Assembly: GCA_041497675.1 (NCBI GenBank)
Contig: JBGQGY010000095.1
Location: 1 to 14,928, forward strand
Length of the DNA: 14,928 bases
Direction of reading: 5' to 3'
From: a bacterium
GTDB taxonomy: Bacteria > Sysuimicrobiota > Sysuimicrobiia > Sysuimicrobiales > Humicultoraceae
Below, piece after piece: positions 6,401-14,928 of this stretch (its first letter is position 1; each line of letters begins with the position of its first letter). The translations under genes and the position numbers were made by a program. The notes under the pieces were generated by a model. The model did not search any database and was not told the DNA's origin. It saw nothing but the letters and a program-made list of their open reading frames with translations.

Positions 6401-9400
6401 ATCTCCGGCTCCGCCCGCAGGGAGGCGTCAGCGTAGAGGACGCACGACGCCAGGCGGAGGAAGAGTTGTGAATCCTCCGGGGTGATGGCCAGGTGGCGGA
6501 GTTCGATCTGCGCGTGTGTGAACGCCAACGCAAACGCGCGCGCGGCGACAGCCGGATCATGATATCGTTCCGCGAGCATCACGGCCGCCTCGCGGCTCGG
6601 CGCCACTCCGGTGGAAAATGCAAGACGGATGTAGCCTCCCGGTGCCAACCGAATGCGCAGTCGGAGGCTGGCGATGGGGTCGAGCACAGCGCCGGTGGCG
6701 CCCGACAGAGGTCGCCCATCCAGCGCGATGGGATCGTCCGGCCCGCGCCCTCGCCCCAGGAACGCCGCCCGATCAGTTTCCCACTCGACCGGGCCCTGCA
6801 TGTGCCCTTCGACGCCGAGGACGTGCACGGCCCAGACGCCGGCTTCGTTGGCGAGACGGGGTCGTTTCCCGCACAACAGTGCCGCGCTTGTGGGCAGATA
6901 CGCCGTCTCGAGGAACAACTTGCCCACGGCGGGGTGGGCGAGGTCATCGACGGGGGACGCCAGCGCCAGCTCGACATAGCTGGTGACCTCGATTTCGCGG
7001 GGCCGGTCACTGGCATTTGTCACGGAGAGCCGCCGCACTTCAAGGTCGTCCTCGGGAGAGACGGCGATCTCGAGCGTCGTGTCAATCCCGTCGTCCCGGC
7101 GGCGAAAGATGGCCTTCTCAGGCAGAAATGTGGCGAGGTACTCTTCCGGCTCCTTGCAGACGGGGTGGAAGGCCGCGGACCAGACGGATCCGCTCCGGAC
7201 GTCACGCAAGTAGATGAACTGGCTTCCGGGATCGCGCGTCCGATCTTCCCGCCAACGCGTTACGGCCAGGCCGCGGCACATCGAGGCTCCGCCCCCCGCG
7301 TTGGTGACGATCGTCGTATAGTTGCCGTTCGAGAGGAAGTGGGCCTCAGGGTAAGCCGTGTGCGGAGACCGGAACCGGCGCGCCATCCCCCCGACCGCCG
7401 CCGGCGCAGCGGGAGTCGCCTCCGCGGGCCTGGCTTGGGTGATCGAATAGCGCCTGGCCAGTCGCTCTTGGAGCAACAACTCGGTCGCCTGCACCTTTGG
7501 GTCCGCGTGGAACCGCTCCTGCATGACGGCATGATGCAGGACGTTGTCCAGCGCGACCAGGGACATCCCCTGATGGTGGGCCAGGAAGGCCTTGACGATG
7601 ACCCCCGGCGCACGGCTGCCTCCCACCTCGACCGGTTTGCCTGCGTCGCCGAGTCCGGGGGATGTGTAGTCAATCGCCTCGTAGTAGCCATAGCGTCCCT
7701 CCAGATGCTCACGGGAGAGACGCTTCATATTGCGCACGGCCCGCTCCGGATCTACCATCGCGGCCAGAATCGTTGCGTACGGTGAGATGACCAGGTCATC
7801 CGCCAGTCCGCGCTTCAGTCCCAACCCGGGCACGCCGAAGGTCTTGTACTGGTAGTGACCGCGGCGGTCGAGGAAGTTGAATGCCGATTCCGAGATGCCC
7901 CACGGGACGCCCCGGGCCCGTGCATATTCGATCTGGGCCCGCACGATGTTCAAGCAGGTCTGATCGAGAAGCGTTCCCGGGTACGTCCTCGTGAGCAGGA
8001 GCGGCATCAAGTACTCAAACATCGACGCGCTCCACGAGACCAGCGTCGGGTGGCCGCCTGCGCTGACGAGCATGCGTCCCAGATGAAACCAGTGGTCCTG
8101 CGGCACGTCACCTTTCGCGATCGCGATGAAACTCGCCAGCCGGGCCTCTGAAGCGAGCAAGTCGTAGAAGGACGAATCATACCGGCCGGGCCCCTCGACA
8201 TCGGGAAGTCGGTAGCCGATCGCAAAGAGTTTGCGCTGCGAGTCAAAGAGGATCGCAAAGTTCATCGCGTCCGCGAGCGAGGCGGCCCGGTCGGCCAGCG
8301 CCTCCAGTCGACGGGCGAGGGTCGGATCCGCGCCTTGGGAGGCGGCGCGATCCGCCGCCTCCGCAAGCCGGCCTGCCCAAAACACGGCCTCCTTTCGCTC
8401 CGGCAACGCTGCGGCTCCGGTCTCAAACAACGCGACGGCGTCGCGAAGATTGGGCGCTCGATCAGCCAGACTCGTGAGTTTTGCCGCCGGCGCCTCCTCT
8501 CCCGCGAGCACGGCCCGAACGGCTTCGACTTCATGGGACACGCGCGCGATGTGGTCTTCGGGCTCCGCGCGGCTCGTGTTCAGGTCGGCCAGGCTCTCGA
8601 GCGTGAGTTCCGCGACATCGGCACACCCCGCGCACTGTCTTTCAGGATCCCATGGTTCGTGCGCCACCTGGCGCAGCCCATACGCAAGCGCGATCAACGC
8701 TCCTGCCAGATTGCCGCTGTCCACCGTCGAGACGTAGCGTGGCAACAACGCCGCGAGGTTCGTCGTATCGTACCAGTTGAGGAGATGGCCTTCGAAATGC
8801 TCGAGCGCTTCGATCGTCGACATCGTGCGCTCGAGCCTCTCGACCAGCTCTCGCGCCGTGATGTAGCCAAGGTCGTGCGCAGCGAGCGTCGAGAGAAGTC
8901 CCATACCGATGTTGGTCGGCGACGTGCGGTGGGCCACGACCTCCACGGGCGCTTCCTGGTAGTTGTCGGGCGGAAGCCCATGGTCCTCGGGGCCCATGAA
9001 CGTCTCGAAAAATCGCCACGTCTTGCGGGCCACTCGCCGGAGGAGCGCCCGGTCGGACGGGGTGAGTTGGAACTTCTGTGCGACGACGCCGGGACGGCTG
9101 AGCTCGTACGCGATGACAGGCGCCAGCAGCCACAGGACCAGGAAGGGAGCGGCGACAATCGCCGCGCTTGGGCGGGTGGCGAGGATGATCCACAGCAGGA
9201 TGACAGCGATGACGGGGCTGACGGCCATCTCGAGGAGAAAGCGCGCAATGCCATACTTACCAACGATGCGGGCGACTCTGGCCGCGGTTGCCCACTCCAA
9301 GAGCCGGCGATGGATGATGAGCCGCACCAGGGTGACCGCGATCGCGTGCACGCTCCTGTACGCCTGGTTGGCGAGGAGGGTGATCTCGACGAGGAGTTGG

Positions 9401-12039
9401 GCGATGGCAGTGCTGAGGTCCTGCCCGATGATCCGCAGAAATACGTCCCACGGCTGGCGGAATGACGGCCCCCGGATCAGCCTCACCAGAGGCTGATAGA
9501 GCGGGAACGCCATGACCGTCAGCGCCGCCAGCGTCCAGATTAGAGGCCTATCTGGCAGCACAGTCCACGCGGCCGCCAGCAGGACCACCAGGGCCGGTGG
9601 CACGAGGCTCCGGCGCAGATTGTCCAGGATCTTCCATCGGCTGATGAGCGAAAGACCATTCCGTTCGATCCCGTGTCGCCCGGGGACCCAGGGAAGGAGC
9701 CAGGGGAGGACCTGCCAGTCCCCGCGGATCCATCGGTGCTGCCGTTGCATGTGCGTCAAGACGCTCGAAGGATAGTCATCGACCACTTCTACGTCGGAGA
9801 CCAGCGCAGGACGCGCGTAGAGCCCTTCGAAGAGGTCGTGTGAGAGCAGCGCGTTCTCGGGGACCCGACCGTCGAGGGCGACCGTGAACGCGGCCACGTC
9901 ATAGAGCCCCTTGCCGGTGTAGATGCCCTCGGAGAAGAGATCCTGGTAGGTGTCAGAAACGGCCGTGGTGTAAGGGTCGACGCCGGTGTGGCCCGAGTAG
10001 ACACGCGAAAACAAGGACCGCGCGCTGCCCCACATCGTCACGCTGACCCGTGGTTGCAGGATGCCGTACCCCGTGGTGACCCGCCTCAGCCGGGGGTCGA
10101 CCCTGGCGGTGTGCAGCGGGTGGAGGGCGATCCCGATGAGCTGCCTGGCGGCATCCCGGGGGAGACGCGTATCGGCGTCCAGGGCGATGCAGTAGCGGAT
10201 CTTCCGCAGCACGGACAGGTCGCCGAGTTGAAGGCCGTAGCTCGTGTCGGTCGCGCCGAGGAGGAGCCGGTTAAACTCTTCGATCTTCCCGCGCTTGCGT
10301 TCCCAGCCCATCCAGCAACTTTCCTGCGGGTTCCACCGGCGGGCGCGATGGAACAGGTAGAAACGGTCGGTCCGTCCCTGCCCGTATCGCGCGTTCAGCT
10401 CCTCCAGGCCCGCACGGGCGGCGGCGAGGATCTCGCGATCGCCGGGCATTTCAGCCGCGGGCGCGTCCGTGAAATCACCCAAAATGGCAAAATGGATGTG
10501 GGCGTCGTCATTGCCGAGTGCCTGGACTGCCAGGTGCTCGAGGGCGGACTGGACCTGCCGGACGCTGGTCAGCAACGTCGGGACGATCACCATGGTGCGT
10601 CCTTCCTCAGGGACCCCTCCTCTGAGGTCGAGCCGCGGGAGGCGCTGCGGCGGCACGATGGCGGCCACGAGCCACTGGACGAGGGCCATGGCGAGATCGC
10701 TGGCAGGGATGAGGGCCAACGCAGCCACCCACGCGTGGTCGCGCCATCCGGGGAGCAGGGCCACGGCCAGGATGACGCCAGACCCCGTCAACACGCCGAC
10801 GCTCCCCAGATAGAAGAGCGTCGCGTGTGCGACAATGGACGCGTGGATCCTCTGACCGACACCGGGCCGGTAGGCGACGTCGACTTCAAGACTCTTACGG
10901 CCGTCCCCAATCAGGTGGTAGCCCACGTGGGCCGCCCCATGGCCTCTGGGGTTCTGATCGGCGGCCTGCCTCGCTCGTTCGATACTCCGCAGCGCGACGC
11001 GCATCTGGGCTTCGCCGGCTGGCCCGGCGAGGTCTTCGACGGCCTTGCGGTACCGGTCCCGGCTGGCAAAATCCATATTGGCGTAGACACCGGCCGGATC
11101 GTGTTGGAGGGTCTGCTCGACCATGCTGACGCGCTCGAAGAACTGGCTCCAGTCCAGGGACGCACAGAACCGGAGGCTGGTGATCGCATTGCCCATTGAG
11201 ACCTGACACCCGGCCTGTTTCTGGTGTTCGGCGCGAATCACGTCCTCGAGCGTGAGGTGGTCCGCGGCGAACCGCTCGTCGAGGCGGGCGCGCAGTTGCG
11301 AAACCCGAGGACCGAATTCACGCACACGCTCCAGCAAGCGCACCACGTAGGCTGTGGGGAGCGCGTCCGGCAGGTCCGGTGGCGGGCCCTCATCCGCCAC
11401 GGCTTCAAAGTGCGCAAGATATCCATCGGCATCCATGCGCCCGGCGCGGTTTACGAGGATTTCCTCAGCGAGTCTCCGCAGATTTTCGATCAGCGCTAGC
11501 TTGAGCATCGTCGGCCACGCCCAGAGCTCGCCGATCGTGAGCGGCGCCACCATCTGAAACGAGGAGACGAATCGGGTGAGTCGTTGCAGGTCGAGCCGGC
11601 CGTCACTATGACGGATGAGGTCCACCGCCATCGCGTACACACGGGGGGGCTCGGACAGTTCCACGGATCGGACTTTTGGCAGTTGAAGGTAATACGATCG
11701 CGGCAGGCCGACCCGGATCTCCAACAGCTCGGCCTCAACCATGTGGAAGTTGTCGAGAAGCCATTCCGAGGCAGGCATGAGGGTTTCGGCAGTCCGCGCG
11801 TCCTCAGCCAGCGTGCGGTAGGCCTGGCGCAGATGCCGGTTGTTGTCGTCGAGCCTGGCAAAGAAGCCTCGCGTTGCGTGCCGCGAATCGCGCGCCGGCG
11901 TGAGGCGAGTGGCCAGCGCCTTGGCAAGCGCATCGAGACCCTCGATGCTCAACAACTCACCGCGGAAGGGCGCACGATCTAGCACATATTCACTCCGGTG
12001 TCCGAGTTCAATAGAGTCTTCCCCAAGATGCGGTTCCAC
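3496..12039 (-). CDS. ndvB: Cyclic beta-1,2-glucan synthase (Cgs/NdvB/ChvB family), ~2830-2850 aa
   Basis: GT84 motifs [10 protein letters not shown] (~10285-10314), DADT (10168-10179), [28 protein letters not shown] (9730-9744). TM segments on both sides. Central cyclising domain motifs [55 protein letters not shown]. Two GH94 N-terminal-type beta-sandwich repeats. GH94 catalytic domain with [35 protein letters not shown]. Start is GTG 12039 or GTG 11985 (GGAG 7 nt upstream). Confidence 0.95.
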   Translation of the reverse strand: MEPHLGEDSIELGHRSEYVLDRAPFRGELLSIEGLDALAKALATRLTPARDSRHATRGFFARLDDNNRHLRQAYRTLAEDARTAETLMPASEWLLDNFHMVEAELLEIRVGLPRSYYLQLPKVRSVELSEPPRVYAMAVDLIRHSDGRLDLQRLTRFVSSFQMVAPLTIGELWAWPTMLKLALIENLRRLAEEILVNRAGRMDADGYLAHFEAVADEGPPPDLPDALPTAYVVRLLERVREFGPRVSQLRARLDERFAADHLTLEDVIRAEHQKQAGCQVSMGNAITSLRFCASLDWSQFFERVSMVEQTLQHDPAGVYANMDFASRDRYRKAVEDLAGPAGEAQMRVALRSIERARQAADQNPRGHGAAHVGYHLIGDGRKSLEVDVAYRPGVGQRIHASIVAHATLFYLGSVGVLTGSGVILAVALLPGWRDHAWVAALALIPASDLAMALVQWLVAAIVPPQRLPRLDLRGGVPEEGRTMVIVPTLLTSVRQVQSALEHLAVQALGNDDAHIHFAILGDFTDAPAAEMPGDREILAAARAGLEELNARYGQGRTDRFYLFHRARRWNPQESCWMGWERKRGKIEEFNRLLLGATDTSYGLQLGDLSVLRKIRYCIALDADTRLPRDAARQLIGIALHPLHTARVDPRLRRVTTGYGILQPRVSVTMWGSARSLFSRVYSGHTGVDPYTTAVSDTYQDLFSEGIYTGKGLYDVAAFTVALDGRVPENALLSHDLFEGLYARPALVSDVEVVDDYPSSVLTHMQRQHRWIRGDWQVLPWLLPWVPGRHGIERNGLSLISRWKILDNLRRSLVPPALVVLLAAAWTVLPDRPLIWTLAALTVMAFPLYQPLVRLIRGPSFRQPWDVFLRIIGQDLSTAIAQLLVEITLLANQAYRSVHAIAVTLVRLIIHRRLLEWATAARVARIVGKYGIARFLLEMAVSPVIAVILLWIILATRPSAAIVAAPFLVLWLLAPVIAYELSRPGVVAQKFQLTPSDRALLRRVARKTWRFFETFMGPEDHGLPPDNYQEAPVEVVAHRTSPTNIGMGLLSTLAAHDLGYITARELVERLERTMSTIEALEHFEGHLLNWYDTTNLAALLPRYVSTVDSGNLAGALIALAYGLRQVAHEPWDPERQCAGCADVAELTLESLADLNTSRAEPEDHIARVSHEVEAVRAVLAGEEAPAAKLTSLADRAPNLRDAVALFETGAAALPERKEAVFWAGRLAEAADRAASQGADPTLARRLEALADRAASLADAMNFAILFDSQRKLFAIGYRLPDVEGPGRYDSSFYDLLASEARLASFIAIAKGDVPQDHWFHLGRMLVSAGGHPTLVSWSASMFEYLMPLLLTRTYPGTLLDQTCLNIVRAQIEYARARGVPWGISESAFNFLDRRGHYQYKTFGVPGLGLKRGLADDLVISPYATILAAMVDPERAVRNMKRLSREHLEGRYGYYEAIDYTSPGLGDAGKPVEVGGSRAPGVIVKAFLAHHQGMSLVALDNVLHHAVMQERFHADPKVQATELLLQERLARRYSITQARPAEATPAAPAAVGGMARRFRSPHTAYPEAHFLSNGNYTTIVTNAGGGASMCRGLAVTRWREDRTRDPGSQFIYLRDVRSGSVWSAAFHPVCKEPEEYLATFLPEKAIFRRRDDGIDTTLEIAVSPEDDLEVRRLSVTNASDRPREIEVTSYVELALASPVDDLAHPAVGKLFLETAYLPTSAALLCGKRPRLANEAGVWAVHVLGVEGHMQGPVEWETDRAAFLGRGRGPDDPIALDGRPLSGATGAVLDPIASLRLRIRLAPGGYIRLAFSTGVAPSREAAVMLAERYHDPAVAARAFALAFTHAQIELRHLAITPEDSQLFLRLASCVLYADASLRAEPEILARNTLGQPELWRHGISGDLPILLVRVVEEDALPLVQLVLKAQEYWRLIGLSADVVILNDHSIGYRDEVQKQLEGLLESGSWAAWRGRPGGVFLLRGDGLGEPSRVLLHAAARAVLDGDRGDLTSQLGVPAAESAWPAAFVPSRPAEFRSEGIVAPAPEVPSLLLANGLGGFAQEGREYVAVLERDQETPLPWANVLANPGFGTIVTASGAAFTWAENSREHRLTPFANDPIGDPTAEAIFLRDEATGDVWTATPGPMRRDSRSGRWVVRHSAGMTRFSHMRRGLTQELSIFVHPDDPVKFSLLTLTNETDRWLTLSVFAYHEWALGPPRAGEHLHVVTELDHELHAILARNAYNQVFGGRIAFAQLSEQLFSASGDRLEFLGRNGSPARPASLGRSRLSGRVGAGLDPCAALHTRIDLQPGETRRLLVLLGQGTDRAHAEELIRRHGTVAAADAAAEAVRTRWDEVLDAVQVHTPDDSFDVIMNRWLLYQDLGCRLWARSGYYQPGGAYGFRDQLQDAMALSLVRPDLQRDHLLRAAARQFVEGDVQHWWHPQTGVGVRTRCSDDFLWLPFAVAHYIETTGDQGVLDAPAPFLEAPPLEPGQDESYGSPQTSSQSETLFEHCVRAIDRALTAGAHGLPLIGSGDWNDGMNRVGHLGKGESTWLGWFLYAVLSRFAPLCEARANESRAARYRSEAMRLAQILELAWDGDWYLRGYFDDGTPLGSAQNDECKIDSIAQSWAVLSGAAPAQRAERAMDAVRTLLIHRPAQVILLLTPPFDQSTQDPGYIKGYMPGIRENGGQYTHAAIWAAMAIAKLGDGDEAVDLFHMLNPINHARSMQEVERYKVEPYVVAADVYAHPLHVGRGGWTWYTGSAGWLYRLGIESILGLTRRGPTFAIDPCIPGSWPGYSITWRLGHTRYEINVANPGRHSRGIAQATLDGHAVDPSVIPLADDGLRHEVHVLMGGPTA

Positions 12040-12164
12040 CTCGGGGGCGCCTTCTGGGACGGCGCACGAGGCTAGGCGGTCAAATTGGCAACAGTGACAG
12101 GACCCAACCCGCGATCGGTCGGCCGGCGTACGTCAGGATGCGAGGGTGCCGAGCACCTGCTTAC

Positions 12165-12193
12165 ATCATAGCCCTTTACGTGCAGGAGGTCGA
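12165..12193 (-). promoter_or_regulatory. Putative sigma70/sigmaA promoter for cgs/ndvB
   Basis: Minus strand TCGACC (12193-12188), 17 nt, TATGAT (12170-12165), in the 180-nt gap between the acyltransferase and cgs. Confidence 0.55.
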
Positions 12194-12219
12194 GGCCACC
12201 CGCGACTTCACCCGGGCCA

Positions 12220-13488
12220 TCACGCAGACTGCCAGTGAGGATCCAGAGGTCGGCGGGCCGCTGCGCGCCTGCCATTGAGCCACTCGCCGATGAACGTCGG
12301 GCGGACCCAGTAGTGGTAGCTGATCAGCAGGATGGATACGGTGATCGCGAGATTCACCAGCACCTTCAGCGCGCCGGCCATCTCGACCCGGCTCAACGCT
12401 CCGGCGATCCAGATCACCAATGGATAGTGCACCAGATATAGCCAGTAACTCGCATCGGAGAGGTACCGGATCATTGGAGTCGGGCGATCGAGATAGCGGA
12501 CTGCTAGACCGACCAAGCCAAACAGGCAGAGCCACGTGATCATTGCGTCCGTGCTGCTCGTGACGAGATGGGCCAGAGAACCCCTCGGCCCCTTCCCGTA
12601 CGCTGCCAGGAAGACCGGAAACAGCAGGGCGGCAAGGGCCACCTGCCGCGGCGCGTGCCGCGCAAAACTCGGAAGCAGATCGGCACTCCCGTAGAGGAGC
12701 CAGCCGAAGGCAAAGAACATGCTGTAGATGAACAACACTCTCGCGTCGGGGACAAATGCCAAATCCCTCGAAATGTCGCCTCGCGGCATCGCCTCGAGGA
12801 TCATGATCGTCGGCAGGCCCAACAGGACAGGCCGCCACGTCGACTGGAGTATCCGCCGGAAGGCGCCGTTGGCCCGCCGGCGGAAACGGGCGTCGATCCG
12901 GCGGCTCACCCAGGTCACGACGAGGGCTCCCGTGTAGAAGATCAGAAGGTCGTAAAGAAACCAGAGATGGTAGAGCGTGCGATCATCGTAGAGACGCATC
13001 GCCGCGAGATAGTCGAGAACCCGCGCGAACGGCTCCGCTGACCTCGCGGCGGCGGCGAAGAGAATACCGCCCTTGATGGCCGGCGCCAGCAGGAGCCAGG
13101 CCACGGCCAGCGGCACCAGAACCCGCCTGGCCCGGTTCGCGATCACCCCTCCGGGACCCCGACGAGTATAGAGCAAGGCGCCGAAGAAACCGGCCATCAC
13201 GAAGAAGATGGGCATGCGGAATATGTGAAGCGCCCTGTCGATGTAGATGAGCATGACGCTCGTTTGAGCATTGCGGAGCGACCTGGTCACCAGCGATTGC
13301 CCGAACAAGAAGTAATAGACCGATGACGCGTGGTAGAAAATCCCGAGAAGCATCATGCCGCTGCGCACGGCGTCGAGGCTGTAGAATCGCGGGGATTCGC
13401 CGCGCGATTCCTGCCTTGTATCGAGACCGATCGTCGCTGTGTGCAAGCGGTGCGCGACTCTGTGGGCGCTCTCTGCCGTGGCGCTCAT
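12220..13488 (-). CDS. opgC: Acyltransferase family 3 membrane protein, OpgC/MdoC-like (probable glucan succinyl/acyl-transferase)
   Basis: Multi-TM 422-aa protein with RFYSLDAVR...MLLGIFYH, HIFRMPIFF.MAGFFG, NRARRVLVPL, YHLWFLY.L and YLSDASYWLYLVHYP motifs typical of OpgC/MdoC; adjacent to cgs. Confidence 0.85.
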   Translation of the reverse strand: MSATAESAHRVAHRLHTATIGLDTRQESRGESPRFYSLDAVRSGMMLLGIFYHASSVYYFLFGQSLVTRSLRNAQTSVMLIYIDRALHIFRMPIFFVMAGFFGALLYTRRGPGGVIANRARRVLVPLAVAWLLLAPAIKGGILFAAAARSAEPFARVLDYLAAMRLYDDRTLYHLWFLYDLLIFYTGALVVTWVSRRIDARFRRRANGAFRRILQSTWRPVLLGLPTIMILEAMPRGDISRDLAFVPDARVLFIYSMFFAFGWLLYGSADLLPSFARHAPRQVALAALLFPVFLAAYGKGPRGSLAHLVTSSTDAMITWLCLFGLVGLAVRYLDRPTPMIRYLSDASYWLYLVHYPLVIWIAGALSRVEMAGALKVLVNLAITVSILLISYHYWVRPTFIGEWLNGRRAAARRPLDPHWQSA

Positions 13489-13647
13489 CTGGGTAATTCC
13501 CAGAGTGACCTTTCACTAAGGATTCGGCAATAATGCGAACGGAGGATTCCGGGGTGTCATACCGGTCACATGCCCTGAAAGCTACCCCGCTGTTGCGGGC
13601 AAGTTCCGGAGAGGAGAAAACCGGGGAAAACAATCATCACTGAACTG

Positions 13648-13719
13648 AGCGGGCGATGGGATTTGAACCCACGACCCTCTGCTTGGGAAGCAGATGCTCT
13701 ACCACTGAGCTACGCCCGC
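13648..13719 (-). tRNA. tRNA-Gly, anticodon CCC; CCA end not encoded
   Basis: Minus strand GCGGGCGTAGCTCAGTGGTAGAGCATCTGCTTCCCAAGCAGAGGGTCGTGGGTTCAAATCCCATCGCCCGCT: 7-bp acceptor stem, D-arm, anticodon stem TCTGC/GCAGA with loop TTCCCAA, GTTCAAATCC T-loop, U discriminator; followed by CAG, not CCA. Confidence 0.97.
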
Positions 13720-13731
13720 TCGCTGTCCTCG

Positions 13732-13739
13732 ATTATAAT
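13732..13739. promoter_or_regulatory. Palindromic ATTATAAT giving a perfect TATAAT -10 box on both strands
   Basis: Centred in the 31-bp gap between the divergent tRNA-Gly and HAD genes. Confidence 0.6.
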
Positions 13740-13750
13740 ACGAAACACCG

Positions 13751-14455
13751 ATGCTCAATACCCTGCTCCTCTTCGACGTCGACGGCACCCTCATCAAAGG
13801 CGCGCGGGGAGCCCGGACCGCCTTTGCCAGGGCCGTTCAGGCGTGCCTAAGTGTCGAAGTCGACCTCAGCACGTTGGAACTCCCAGGCAGAACGGACTAT
13901 TGGATCATGCAGGAGATCCTCCGGACTAACGGCCTCCCGACCGACCAGGCCACACGCGCCCTGCTCCAGGAGAGTTTCCTCGAGCACTTTCACGAAGCCG
14001 TCCGCGAACAGCCGGGGCAGGTCTTGCCCGGCGTCCGGCCGCTGCTGGACGTGCTCCAACAGAAGCCGGCGACCGTTCTCGGGCTTGGCACCGGCAACCT
14101 CCAACGCAGCGCCCGGATGAAACTCGCCGCGCACCGCCTGGACACCTACTTCGCCGTCGGGGGATTCGGCGACGACGGCCTAGAGCGCAACGCCATTATC
14201 GCCGCGGGCATCGCGCGGGCTCAGCAACAGCACCGCACGCCGTTCGACCGGGTCGTGGTCATCGGCGACACGTTGCACGACATCGCGTGTGCGAAGGCCA
14301 ACGGGGCACACACCATTGCGGTCGCGACGGGCCCAACCGATGTCGACACGCTCAGGCAGGCCGGGGCGACCGTGGCTTTCGAGGATCTGTCGCACACAGA
14401 GGAAGTGGTTCAGGCGATCGACGCGCTGCCACGGTCGACGCACGCGACAGGGTAG
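13751..14455 (+). CDS. HAD-superfamily hydrolase (phosphoglycolate phosphatase-like)
   Basis: Motif I LLLFDVDGTL, motif II LGTGN, motif IV VVIGDTLHDIACAK; G.TD cap segment; GGFGDD. Substrate cannot be assigned. Confidence 0.9.
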   Translation: MLNTLLLFDVDGTLIKGARGARTAFARAVQACLSVEVDLSTLELPGRTDYWIMQEILRTNGLPTDQATRALLQESFLEHFHEAVREQPGQVLPGVRPLLDVLQQKPATVLGLGTGNLQRSARMKLAAHRLDTYFAVGGFGDDGLERNAIIAAGIARAQQQHRTPFDRVVVIGDTLHDIACAKANGAHTIAVATGPTDVDTLRQAGATVAFEDLSHTEEVVQAIDALPRSTHATG

Positions 14456-14463
14456 CGCAGACC

Positions 14464-14928
14464 CTACCCCAGCCCGGCCTCCATCAACTCGCGGACCTTC
14501 GCGCAGGGGTCTCCGCTCTCCATCAATCCCATGCCGACGAGGACGCCGTCGACGTGATCGCGGATCAGCAAGACGTCTTCCGCCTTTGTGATCCCGCTCT
14601 CACTCACGACGAACGCCTCCTCGGGAATCAGGTCGCGCATGCTCACCGTCTTGCCGAGATCGACGTCGAACGAACCCACGTCGCGGTTGTGAATGAAGAA
14701 CGTCGTCGCGCCGGCGTCCAGGGCCGTCTCGATGTCCCGATCCCGATGCACCGAGAAGGCCGTGGCCATGCCCAAGGCCTCTGCGACTTCTCGCAACGCG
14801 CGCAGGGTGCCGACGTCCAAGATCGCCGCGATCAGCATGATCGCATCCGCCCCGAGCGCGCGCGATTCGTACACCTGGTAGGCATCGAGGAAAAAGTCCT
14901 TGCGCAGCAATGGCAGCGGCGCCGCCGC
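14464..14928 (-). CDS. trpC: Indole-3-glycerol-phosphate synthase (TrpC)-like TIM barrel, C-terminal part, with active-site substitutions; 5' end outside window
   Basis: PLPLLRKDF, YQVYESRALGADAIMLIAAIL, NRD...F.VDL, VSESGI, DGVLVG..LM. Frame is open to the window edge. Family assignment is secure; catalytic function is not (see findings). Confidence 0.85.
   Translation of the reverse strand, partial: AAAPLPLLRKDFFLDAYQVYESRALGADAIMLIAAILDVGTLRALREVAEALGMATAFSVHRDRDIETALDAGATTFFIHNRDVGSFDVDLGKTVSMRDLIPEEAFVVSESGITKAEDVLLIRDHVDGVLVGMGLMESGDPCAKVRELMEAGLG

Noticed and set aside
5050..7350. Internal protein-level duplication in Cgs (LSNGNY...YLRD..SG.VWS versus LANPGF...FLRD..TG.VWT)
   Set aside because: Tandem GH94 N-terminal-type domains are the normal Cgs/NdvB architecture.
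3457..12097. Many long plus-strand ORFs opposite cgs (e.g. 6493-7785, 8335-9465, 9988-11199)
   Set aside because: Antisense shadows of a GC-rich gene; Arg/Gly/Pro-rich with no recognisable motifs.
12072..12275. 67-aa minus-strand ORF between opgC and cgs
   Set aside because: Overlaps the opgC 3' end and the predicted cgs promoter; no motif or clear RBS.
13515..13540. GCCGAATCC on the minus strand upstream of opgC, resembling the start of a c-di-AMP (ydaO) riboswitch
   Set aside because: The downstream conserved blocks (GGAACC, GGGG.GAATC, CCGTCAGCTAAC) are absent and there is too little room before the ATG.
13656..13929. ORFs 13656-13850 (MGFEPTTLCLGSRCSTTELRP) and 13663-13929
   Set aside because: Translations of the antisense strand of the tRNA gene.
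14450..14469. Inverted repeat GGGTAG/CTACCC at the HAD-trpC junction
   Set aside because: Arises because both convergent genes end in GGG-TAG; only 6 bp and no U tract.

Overview
A GC-rich bacterial chromosomal window with no integrase, transposase or CRISPR array. In order: the 3' end of a TPP-dependent enzyme gene; a lone tatA; a TPP riboswitch with terminator controlling the ECF-type thiamine S-component thiT; a secreted GHL10 (YddW/DigH-like) glycoside hydrolase; a cold-shock protein; an orphan type IV pilin; an ~8.5 kb full-length cyclic beta-1,2-glucan synthase gene (Cgs/NdvB: GT84 + cyclising domain + GH94); an OpgC/MdoC-type acyltransferase; tRNA-Gly(CCC); a HAD hydrolase; and the 3' part of a trpC-like gene. 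Most notable: (i) a two-gene module for making and acylating cyclic glucan, just 3' of a tRNA, among neighbours (thiT, SigB/F-like promoter motif) more typical of Terrabacteria than of the alpha-proteobacteria where this pathway is best known; (ii) a TrpC homologue with two normally invariant active-site residues replaced, which suggests a repurposed enzyme; (iii) compact regulatory sites, including a palindromic shared -10 box, an apparently leaderless gene and a SigB/F-like pilin promoter. All calls come from motif recognition by eye; no searches were run.
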